NCBI GenBank assembly: GCA_964016885.1
Contig: OZ024744.1
Coordinates: 63,860,001 to 63,924,000 of the forward strand
DNA from: Eledone cirrhosa
Taxonomy: Eukaryota
Length of the DNA stretch: 64,000 nucleotides
Reading direction: 5' to 3'
The position numbers were made by a program, and so were the translations under genes. The notes beneath the pieces are model-generated. The model saw nothing but the letters and a program-made list of their open reading frames with translations. It ran no database searches and was not told where the DNA came from. This document shows, piece by piece, positions 37,479 through 48,299 of this stretch (positions are counted from its first letter, which is position 1; every line of letters begins with the position of its first letter).

Positions 37479-38062
37479 TCTATATATATAAAACTGACGA
37501 TCTGTCTGTGTGTGTGTTTGAATCCCTAAAACTCGAGAGGTACCCAACCGATTTTTTCAAACTTTACATGTGTAGTACTTATATTTCAGGGAGTGTTATG
37601 CACATGAAAAAATTCAACTTTTTTTTATCTCCTAGGGCCTGCATTAGGTGAAAAACTGCGTTTTTAAAGCTTTTTAGGGGTTTTTTGAGGCGTTACGTTA
37701 GACCGATTTCATTGAAATTGTAACTATGTATTAGTCAGTCTCTTCTTCATACGTGAGCAAAAAACATCCAACTTTTTTATGGCTTTTTAGGGCTTTTTGG
37801 AGGCGTTACGTCTAGCTGATTTTCCCGAAATTTCAAGGCATAAAAAAAATTTATTTTCTTGATCCACTAGGGCCCGCATTAGGTAAAAACCCGCATTTTT
37901 CCTGCTTCATCGAGGAAAATCTTAAAGATTATCCAGCCATCAGAGTATTCGGTTTATTTTATTTTCATATTGTCCAGGCATGCAGTTTTTCCATGATTAG
38001 GTCTGTTGGCGGCCCGCGTTCCAAAATACCTTATCCCGTGCAACGCCAGGTACCACTGCTAG
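37479..38062 (+). mobile_element. Non-autonomous Helitron-like element B
   Basis: 5' TCTATATATATAAAACTG...TCTGTCTGTGTG, 3' GC-rich CCCGTGCAACGCCAGG followed by CTAG|T, no TSD. Confidence 0.75.
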
Positions 38063-38264
38063 TGTATAATACAAGAAATAAAATGATCTAATTCTTCAAC
38101 TGATGAAGACTAATAAGCCAGAAATAATTGGAATTGTCTCCTTTGCTTGTTCAGTCAAACAATACTGCTATCAATCCTTTAATGTTTTTCTTAATCATTG
38201 TATTTACAACTGACTGGTTATTTCTGATGTAGGCAACATTCAAACCCATCTATTTATTACTTAA

Positions 38265-38478
38265 CCCTTTAGCATTTAAACCGACCATATCCGACCAAAA
38301 TTCTCTCATCAGTTTGTGTGGCTGTATCCAGCCACACATACTGATGTTAAGATATTGTTCTCAAAATAAATAATATCAAAATCTTGTAGATTCAATATCA
38401 ATTAAGATAATCATGTGAGGTAAAGCCTTTACCACAAAAAAACAATAGTAAATATAGAGTAATGTAAATGCTAAATGG
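38265..38478 (+). mobile_element. piggyBac-type MITE
   Basis: TTAA|CCCTTTAGCATTTA ... TAAATGCTAAATGG|TTAA. Confidence 0.8.
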
Positions 38479-38762
38479 TTAAATATTCAGTCAATGCTCA
38501 TCCATGTAATTTAATATATGATAAATTAAATTGTAATTTATTTAAATATATGGTCAGTGACTCTTTATAAACACAGTATCAATAAATTCCTACGACATTT
38601 GTGTTTGATCAGTACTTCATTTAAAAATGTAAGACATCTATTTTTGGTAATGGTTCTGGTTGATAAAATTTTTTTAAAATAAATACAACTTAACCCTTTA
38701 GTATTGCAAATATTCAAATCCACAATTTTTATTTACAACATACAAGATTATTGCCACTTTAA

Positions 38763-39193
38763 CCCTTTAGCATATAACATTACTCTATATATACTATTAT
38801 ATTTTCATGGTAAAGGGGGATTGGCAGTATCGGTAGAGAGTCGGATGCCATGCTTTCCAGCATAGTTACGTCCCTTTACGGTCTGAGTTCAAATCCCGCT
38901 GAGTTTTATTTTGCCTTTCATCCTTACGGGGTCGATAAAATAAAGTACCAGTAATGCACTGGGTAATTGCTGGCCTTGTGCCTAAAGTAGAAACAATTAT
39001 TATTAGTAGTAGGGTGGTGGTAAAGGCTTTATCTCATATAATTATCTCACTTAATATCAAATCTATGAAATTTTGATGTTATTTATTTTGAGAATGATAC
39101 CTTAACATAAGTATGAGCGACCAGTTACAGCTGGTTTAAATGTTAAAGGGTTAAATACACTAGTATATATAGAGTAATGTAAATGCTAAAGGG
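38763..39193 (-). mobile_element. Inverted copy of the same TTAA MITE, interrupted by a SINE and carrying an extra terminal segment
   Basis: TTAA|CCCTTTAGCAT at 38759-38773, and TAAATG(T/C)TAAAGGG|TTAA at both 39150 and 39193. Confidence 0.75.
38817..39005 (+). mobile_element. tRNA-derived SINE, short variant, nested in the MITE
   Basis: Family consensus; 9-bp direct repeat TGGTAAAGG at 38808-38816 and 39018-39026. Confidence 0.9.
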
Positions 39194-39370
39194 TTAAATA
39201 AATACAATCTACCAGCATAGCATTTCCAAGAGTTACATGTCTTTATTTCTGTGTAGTTAGATGTAATAGTATTAGTTACAGAATGTTTTCACCTTTCTTT
39301 TTATCTCTTACATATTCTATTTTTTTTTCTCTCTCACATTGTATTTTTCTTTCTCACACATTCTAGCTTT

Positions 39371-39406
<36 letters not shown>

Positions 39407-39877
39407 ACACATTCTATCTCTACCCCCCTCTCTCTCATGAATAGTCTCTCACCCTGTACCTAGTGCCTTCCTGTTGATTGCGCCTTGTTTGATCCTAGTT
39501 TGGTTTTTCCCTTGTCATTGCTACACATCATTGTGTATCATATCTAATAATGTACCTAATATGGAAAGTGAAGAAAAAATAACAAAATGTCATAATTTTC
39601 ACTAGGAAAGTCAGTCACTGGAAAACAGCCACTACTGGACCTACAGAACCTCAATTCAAAGTACAGTAGAACCACAGTTCACGAACATAATTCATTCCTG
39701 AAGGTGGTTCGTCACCCAGAAACTATTGTTCCCATACAAAATGTTGAGAGAGAGATACAGAGAGAGAGAGAGACTGTGTGTGCAAGACACAGATATCATT
39801 ACAGTAACTAACTACACACCAAGTGATGCTTTCCCGCCTGTACTCGCAGACATTATCAATGCTGTATATAAAATACT

Positions 39878-42800
39878 AGTGTGACTAACACATGAGTATC
39901 CCTGCAATACGGTACATTATAGTGTGACTAACATGAATATCACTGTAATACGGTACATTATAGTGTGACTTACATGAGTATCACTGTAATACGGTACATT
40001 ATAGTGTGACTAACATGAGTATCACTGCAATACGGTACATTATAGTGTGACTTACACATGAGTATCACTGCAATACGGTACATTATAGTGTGACTAACAT
40101 GAGTATCACTGCAATACGGTACATTATAGTGTGACTTACACATGAGTATCACTGCAATACAGTACATTATAGTGTGACTTCCACATGAGTATCACTGCAA
40201 TACGGTACATTATAGTGTGACTTACACATGAGTATCACTGCAATACGGTACATTATAGTGTGACTAACATGAGTATCACTGCAATACGGTACATTATAGT
40301 GTGACTTACACATGAGTATCACTGCAATACGGTACATTATAGTGTGACTTACATGAGTATCACTGTAATACGGTACATTATAGTGTGACTAACAGGAGTA
40401 TCACTGCAATACGGTACATTATAGTGTGACTTACAGGAGTATCACTGCAATACGGTACATTATAGTGTGACTTACAGGAGTATCACTGCAATACGGTACA
40501 TTATAGTGTGACTTACAGGAGTATCACTGCAATACGGTACATTATAGTGTGACTAACATGAGTATCACTGCAATACGGTACATTATAGTGTGACTTACAC
40601 ATGAGTATCACTGCAATACGGTACATTATAGTGTGACTTACAGGAGTATCACTGTAATACGGTACATTATAGTGTGACTAACACATGAGTATCACTGCAA
40701 TACGGTACATTATAGTGTGACTTACAGGAGTATCACTGCAATACGGTACATTATAGTGTGACTAACAGGAGTATCACTGCAATACGGTACATTATAGTGT
40801 GACTTACATGAGTATCACTGCAATACGGTACATTATAGTGTGACTAACATGAGTATCACTGCAATACGGTACATTATAGTGTGACTTACATGAGTATCAC
40901 TGCAATACGGTACATTATAGTGTGACTTACACATGAGTATCACTGCAATACGGTACATTATAGTGTGACTTACACATGAGTATCACTGCAATACGGTACA
41001 TTATAGTGTGACTTACACATGAGTATCACTGCAATACGGTACATTATAGTGTGACTTACACATGAGTTTCACTGCAATACGGTACATTATAGTGTGACTT
41101 ACACAGGAGTATCACTGCAATACGGTACATTATAGTGTGACTTACATGAGTATCACTGCAATACGGTACATTATAGTGTGACTTACACATGAGTATCACT
41201 GTAATACGGTACATTATAGTGTGACTTACATGAGTATCACTGCAATACGGTACATTATAGTGCGACTCACACATGAGTATCACTGTAATACGGTACATTA
41301 TAGTGTGACTTACACATGAGTATCACTGCAATACGGTACATTATAGTGTGACTTACACATGAGTTTCACTGCAATACGGTACATTATAGTGTGACTTACA
41401 CATGAGTATCACTGTAATACGGTACATTATAGTGTGACTTACACATGAGTATCACTGCAATACGGTACATTATAGTGTGACTTACACGTGAGTATCACTG
41501 CAATACGGTACATTATAGTGTGATTTACATGAGTATCACTGCAATACGGTACATTATAGTGTGACTTACACATGAGTATCACTGTAATACGGTACATTAT
41601 AGTGTGACTAACATGAGTATCACTGCAATACGGTACATTATAGTGTGACTTACACATGAGTATCACTGCAATACGGTACATTATAGTGTGACTAACAGGA
41701 GTATCACTGCAATACGGTACATTATAGTGTGACTTACACATGAGTATCACTGTAATACGGTACATTATAGTGTGACTAACATGAGTATCACTGCAATACG
41801 GTACATTATAGTGTGACTTACACATGAGTATCACTGCAATACGGTACATTATAGTGTGACTTACACATGAGTATCACTGTAATACGGTACATTATAGTGT
41901 GACTAACAGGAGTATCACTGTAATACGGTACATTATAGTGTGACTTACACATGAGTATCACTGCAATACGGTACATTATAGTGTGACTTACACATGAGTA
42001 TCACTGCAATACGGTACATTATAGTGTGACTTACACATGAGTTTCACTGCAATACGGTACATTATAGTGTGACTTACACAGGAGTATCACTGCAATACGG
42101 TACATTATAGTGTGTCTCACACATGAGTATCACTGCAATACGGTACATTATAGTGTGACTTACACATGAGTATCACTGCAATACGGTACATTATAGTGTG
42201 ACTTACACATGAGTTTCACTGCAATACGGTACATTATAGTTTGACTTACACATGAGTATCACTGTAATACGGTACATTATAGTGTGACTTACACATGAGT
42301 ATCACTGCAATACGGTACATTATAGTGTGACTTACACGTGAGTATCACTGCAATACGGTACATTATAGTGTGACTTACATGAGTATCACTGCAATACGGT
42401 ACATTATAGTGTGACTTACACATGAGTATCACTGTAATACTGTACATTATAGTGTGACTAACATGAGTATCACTGCAATACGGTACATTATAGTGTGACT
42501 TACACATGAGTATCACTGCAATACGGTACATTATAGTGTGACTAACAGGAGTATCACTGCAATACGGTACATTATAGTGTGACTTACACATGAGTATCAC
42601 TGTAATACGGTACATTATAGTGTGACTTACACATGAGTATCACTGCAATACGGTACATTATAGTGTGACTTACACAGGAGTATCACTGTAATACGGTACA
42701 TTATAGTGTGACTTACACAGGAGTATCACTGCAATACGGTACATTATAGTGTGACTAACATGAGTATCACTGTAATACGGTACATTATAGTGTGACTTAC

Positions 42801-43681
42801 ACATGAGTATCACTGCAATACGGTACATTATAGTGTGACTTATACAGGAGTATCACTGCAATACGGTACATTATAGTGTGACTTACACATGAGTATCACT
42901 GCAATACGGTACATTATAGTGTGACTTACACATGAGTATCACTGTAATACAGTACATTATAGTGTGACTAACAGGAGTATCACTGTAATACGGTACATTA
43001 TAGTGTGACTTACACAGGAGTATCACTGCAATACGGTACATTATAGTGTGACTAACAGGAGTATCACTGCAATACGGTACATTATAGTGTGACTTACACA
43101 GGAGTATCACTGCAATACGGTACATTATAGTGTGACTTACACATGAGTATCACTGCAATACGGTACCATTATAGTGTGACTTACACATGAGTATCACTGC
43201 AATACGGTACATTATAGTGTGACTTACACATGAGTTTCACTGCAATACGGTACATTATAGTGTGACTTACACATGAGTTTCACTGCAATACGGTACATTA
43301 TAGTGTGACTTACACATGAGTATCACTGTAATACGGTACATTATAGTGTGACTTACACATGAGTTTCACTGCAATACGGTACATTATAGTGTGACTTACA
43401 GGTGTGTCACTGTAATACGGTACATTATAGTGTGACTTACACATGAGTTTCACTGCAATACGGTACATTATAGTGTGACTTACACATGAGTATCACTGTA
43501 ATACGGTACATTATAGTGTGACTTACACAGGAGTATCACTGCAATACGGTACATTATAGTGTGACTAACATGAGTATCACTGTAATACGGTACATTATAG
43601 TGTGACTAACATGAGTATCACTGCAATATGGTACATTATAGTGTGACTTTCACATGAGTATCACTGCAATACGGTACATTA
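39878..43681. repeat. Satellite with 43/41-bp monomers (TAGTGTGACTTACACATGAGTATCACTGCAATACGGTACATTA), about 90 copies
   Basis: Highly homogeneous tandem array. The 28-aa periodicity of the spurious ORFs equals 43+41 nt. Confidence 0.99.
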
Positions 43682-45410
43682 CACCGTGTAACAAAAAAAA
43701 ATGTTTTCTCTGTTCCTGGCTTGTAATCACTCTTTTTTGTGTTGCTTAGATCCCAAATAAATTTTTTAAAATGCTATTTAACAGTTAAAAGTTTGGGTTT
43801 GTAAAAATTCTAAGCTATTCACTAGAATTATTTGTATGCTGGATTTTACGTTGTATGTAAGTTTAATTTGCTTATGTTAAATGATGTTTTTTATATATGT
43901 TTCAGGTTAAATTAAAATTATAAAATAAAGAGTAATACCTAAAGAAAATTATAAAAGTGCAAAAAAGTATAAAATTGTTAAAAAGTGGATAAAAGAGATT
44001 TATTGATACTGGATTTTTGCACCCTGAATAAAGGGTAAGTTGTATTTTAAGCGTTCGTCTCCAGGATGAAGCAGTGGAACTTGGTCAAGGAGGAAGTGCA
44101 GGTGACAAGTCAGAGAAGTCGACACAAACCTTTCTCAGGCTTTTACACTCTTAGGGATGGCTTCTGCCATGACGTGCCTGGACTGTTTGATGTTATTGGA
44201 GTGCCGTCTGTGCCCAAGGAGTGGCGGCTATTTATAGACAGCTCCACCACAAGTTTGAAGGCTGTCCTCCTCCACAATGGAAACAAGTTCCCGACACTGC
44301 CCCTAGCTCATTCAGTCTGCCTGAAGGAAGATTACTACAGTGTGAAAGTCCTCTTAGAAGCTCTGCAATACAACCAGTACAATTGGGAAATCATTGGAGA
44401 CTTTAAGATGGTGGCTTTCCTGCTTGGACTCCAAGGAGGCTTTATCAAATTCCAATGCTTCCTCTGCCTTTGGGACAGCAGAGCCACCTCTGACCACTAC
44501 GAAAGAAAGAACTGGGAGCAGCGAACAGAATTTGTAGTTCTGACCCGGAACGTCATGTGGGAGCCACTGGTTGATCCCAGGATTGTGCTCATGCCGCCAC
44601 TGCACATTAAGTTGAGGTTGATGAAGCAGTTTGTGAAGGCTCTCAACCAAGAATCAGCCGCTTTTAAGTACCTTCTTGAGTTCTTCCCCAAGTTATCAAA
44701 GGTGGAATCTTTGTTGGACCTCAGATAAAGAAGGTGTTTGAGTCTACCGAGTTCTCCAATAAGCTCAATAGGATTGAGAGAACAGCATGGAACTGTTTCA
44801 AGGCAGTTGTTAAGGGCTTCCTGGGAAACTACAGAGCTGAAAACTAGCAGCAACTGGTGCAGGATCTGATAAAGGCTTTTGGCGCCATGGGATGCAGGAT
44901 GTCGTTTAAACTCCATATGTTGGACGCTCACCTGGAAAAATTCAAGGACAATATGAGCGCCTACTCAGAAGAACAAGGCGAACGATTCCACCAAGATGTG
45001 AAAGAGATAGAGCGGAGGTACCAGGGCCACTACAATGAAAAAATGATGGCAGACTATATCTGGGGGCTAGTGCGGATATGTGACCTGGACTACAACCGCA
45101 AATCCAGGAAATCCAGTCATTTCTGACGTGTATAAGTTGCTTTATAAGTGTTATTTGTTTTTATTTGTTTGCTTTTGATAAGCTTGTGTAATAAAATAAA
45201 TATATACTCTGTTGATTTAATTATATGAACTGATAAATTTTTAAAAAATGTGTTTTTTCTTGAAAAATATGAAAATTTTGAAATATCAAACTCCTGACCA
45301 CAAACCCAAACTTCTGATTAAATAATAGTGTTTTTTTATAATAATGGGATATAACAAACCATGAAATGACACTTAGAACCGGGGAACAAAAATTATGTAA
45401 AATACTAGTG
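43682..45410 (+). mobile_element. Chapaev3-like (CMC/Transib-related) DNA transposon, internally deleted
   Basis: The left end is TTA|CACCGTGTAACAAAA...TGTTCCTGG. Imperfect subterminal inverted repeats are AAGTTTGGGTTTGT / ACAAACCCAAACTT and TGTTCC / GGAACA. The right extremity is atypical. Confidence 0.8.
44040..45126 (+). pseudogene. Chapaev3-type DDE transposase, N-terminally truncated and frameshifted
   Basis: WRLFIDSS..SLKAVLLHNGN, GDFKMVAFLLGLQGG..CFLCLWDSRA, PPLHIKL.LMKQFVKAL, KLHMLDAHL...SEEQGERFHQD..ERRYQG...MMADY.W. There is a frameshift near 44700 and a stop near 44845. Confidence 0.85.
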
Positions 45411-45429
45411 TGACTTACACATGAGTATA

Positions 45430-46347
45430 CGAGGTGTGTCAGAAAAGTTCCAGGACTGATGTCACAAAAGATTTATTTCAAACCCAAACTTCACACTAAG
45501 AATTTTCTCCTTCAAAGTAATCCCCCTGGAGTATGTAACTGTAATCTTAGCTCTCTGCAGCGATCAAACTTTTTTCTTCATAATTTTATATACATGTCCT
45601 CTGTTTCAGGTCGTCAAGCAATGAGCACAGAGCAATGAACAAACTTGAAGTTTCTGGTACGGTTGGGGAAAACTTCGTCAGAAGCACTGGGATTGCTGCA
45701 GCAAGTGTATGGAGATGAGACGATGTCATGCTCACGTGTTTTTGAGTGGTGCAAGAGGTTTAAAGAAAGACGCGAGGACATGGAAAATGACCCCCAGGAG
45801 CGGAAGGCCCTCAACAACCAGGACTGAGGTCAACGTTGAGCGTGTCAGGCAGATGGTGCGTACTGATCGTCAGCTGACTGTTCGACTGATGGCAAATGAG
45901 CTGGGCATGAATCGGGACAGCGTCTGGAAGATTCTCACTGAAGATTTGGACATGCGGAAAGTCTGCGCGAAGATGGTGCCAAAACTGCTGAACGATGACC
46001 AGAAGGATCGATGCATGCAAGTGTGCCAGGACATCCTCGAGCGTCTTGAAACCTAACCGGAATTGCTAGGGACAGTCATCAGCGGTGATGAGTCATGGAT
46101 CTTCAAGTACGACCCAGAGGGGACCCGTTTTGAAGACGTGGACGACATCAAAATGACCGTGACGACGGAACTGCAGAGGATCCCGGAAGAATCCTTCCAG
46201 GAGTGCATGCAAGCGTGGCAGAAAAGGATGGAAAAGTGCATTAGACTCCAGGAGGATTACTTTGAAGGAGAAAACTCTTAGTGTAAAGTTTGGGTTTGAA
46301 ATAAATCTTTTGTGACATCAGTCCTAGAACTTTTCTGACACACCTCG
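45430..46347 (+). mobile_element. Non-autonomous mariner (Tc1/mariner), 918 bp, TA TSD, ~103-bp inverted ends
   Basis: TA|CGAGGTGTGTCAGAAAAGTTC ... GAACTTTTCTGACACACCTCG|TA. Transposase remnants: KFLVRLGKT, RSGRPST, KVCAKMVPKLL, GDESWIFKYDPE, EDYFEG. The catalytic core is deleted. Confidence 0.95.
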
Positions 46348-46376
46348 TATACATCAATTAATATGCTATTTAACAT

Positions 46377-46553
46377 AAAAATAGTCGGCTTTGGAAGCCT
46401 CTACAATACAGATGGGTAAATCTTCTGGCAACGATATCCAGTGGCAATAGGAGAAGGAGGAAAACAGATGTAAATAAACGTAAAAGGCACTGGATTTCGT
46501 AGCCAGAAGATTTACCCATCTGCATTGTAGAGGCTTCCAAACTAACTATTTTT
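46377..46553. repeat. Inverted repeat, ~66-bp arms and ~44-nt loop
   Basis: TTTGGAAGCCTCTACAATACAGATGGGTAAATCTTCTGGC..ATCCAGTG pairs with CACTGGAT..GCCAGAAGATTTACCCATCTGCATTGTAGAGGCTTCCAAA. Confidence 0.92.
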
Positions 46554-46623
46554 CTTATTCCACAATGCTTCAAGCAAACTTGAATACTCGCTATTTATTA
46601 CATTTCATTCCATTTAATTATAG

Positions 46624-46679
46624 CCAGAACATGTTTGTCTGCCTGAGAGTATTATTTATAAAGACAAAATACCAACATC
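46624..46679 (+). CDS. Exon B of the DUF3105/TP53I13-like gene (PEHVCLPESIIYKDKIPT-S)
   Basis: TAG acceptor, GTAAGT donor. It ends in TC, which joins the T of exon C to make the Ser of the PTSGxH motif. Confidence 0.85.
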
Positions 46680-46751
46680 GTAAGTTAATTATCAAATGTA
46701 ATCAATAATAATTATTTGTTTTAAACGTGAAAAATATTTTTTTGTTGCACG

Positions 46752-46874
46752 GTTGTTGTTGTTGTTGTTGTTACTGCTGCTGCTGTTGCTGTTGCTGTTG
46801 TTGTTGTTGTTGTTGCTTCTGCTGCTGTTTCTGCTGCTGCTGTTGTTATTATTGCTGCTGCTGCTGCTGCTGCT
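46752..46874. repeat. (TGT/TGC)n trinucleotide repeat
   Basis: Directly visible. Confidence 0.95.
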
Positions 46875-46904
46875 ATTTATTCCTTTTAAGAATTCAAAAA
46901 CACA

Positions 46905-47366
46905 TATTGCAGGAACTGGTGCAGTAATGCACCAGCTTCACAATTCATTGTTGTACCAACCCTTTCCTATGGTCATGAAACTTGGGTAAGGACTGAAAGA
47001 ATACAATTGCAAATACAAACAGCTGAAATGAAGTTCCTCTGAGGGGTCTTTGGAGTAATGTTACTCAGTAGTGTGCATATCTCAGAGATTAGGGGGTCAC
47101 TCAAGGTTGAGCTGCTACTTCTCTGAATTGAGAGATCACAGTTCTGATACTAGGGGTTTGTGGTTAGAATGTCGCAGGAAAGAATCACTGGACAGATTTT
47201 ATTGGCAAGCTGGTTGGATAACATCCATAAACCCTGTTCGTCATGCTTGAGGATACAGCTGGACCATTTGGAGATGGTTGCTTCTGATGTGACCTTTTGG
47301 ATAGCGTGTTTGAGAACTCTGCCCCCCATAACATCTCAGGAATAAGTGAGTAAAGAAGAAGAAGAA
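46905..47366 (+). mobile_element. 3' fragment of the Expander-like RTE with a (GAA)n tail
   Basis: Reverse-complement similarity to 35822-36340. Confidence 0.8.
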
Positions 47367-48036
47367 TTTCTGTGTGATTGGGTGAATGTGTATATATAAC
47401 TGAGCATGGCTCAATGTGTACACGTCTGTGTATGTGTGGCTGTTTGTGTGTGTGTGTGTGTACGTGTGCAAGCTAACAGAAATGGCAGAGCAGAAAATGA
47501 TTTATGCCAAGAGGCAACATCTGGGTACATACATTTGTTATTAGTTATATGTGCTAGTCACGAAACATACATTGTCCTCTCTCTCTCTTTCTTTCCTTCA
47601 CTTGTTCTCTTTCACTCTTAGTCTCTTTCTCTCTCTCACATACACACACATACAAATCCCATGCAGTTAATCATACAAACACACTTTTGTTGATTATACA
47701 ATATATCATCTAAGTGTACAGTTATATAATAGTTTAACAGGACTACATTGAAAGTGTCTTTCTTAATATAACATACTAGAATCGTACATACATTAACTCA
47801 AACTGAACCACACACCACTCACATATATGTGCAATGTTACAGTGTGTGTGTGTGTGTGTGTGAATGTACATGTGTGTGTGTGTGTGATGGATGTATCTAG
47901 TTAATAGGCTTTTTTGATGTCTACACTGATTAATTTGATGTTTGCCTTTGTTTAATATATTCAACACAATTTACAAAGAGATATTTCAACCCGTTTGTAC
48001 ATTTGGTAATTTATTATTAATCATGAATAGAACAGT

Positions 48037-48240
48037 GGATTGGCAGTATCGGTAGAATATCGAATAAAATGCTTTGTGTTATTTAGTTGTAACATTCTAC
48101 ATTCTGAGTTCAAATCCCACCAAAGTGAACTTTGCCTTTCATCCTTCCGGAGTCGATTAAATAAAATACTAGTTAAGAGTTGATATAATTTTCCCTTTCT
48201 CCCAAATTGCTGCCTTGTGTTAATGTTAGAAATGGAAAAC
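48037..48240 (+). mobile_element. tRNA-derived SINE, older long variant
   Basis: Family head, B box and body. Confidence 0.8.
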
Positions 48241-48299
48241 CAACACAATTTCACCTTCCACTCTCCTCTACAAATTTACATCTTCCTCTCACTTTTATG

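Noticed and set aside
39660-39745. pogo/Tigger-like terminus (TA|CAGTAGAACC...)
   Set aside because: No matching opposite end was found, and it is too short to call.
39970-43125. Repetitive Cys/His-rich ORFs (CKSHYNVPYCSDTHV...)
   Set aside because: They are translations of the 41/43-bp satellite, and the frames break wherever unit length changes.
46727-46989. Poly-Cys and poly-Leu ORFs
   Set aside because: An intronic trinucleotide microsatellite.
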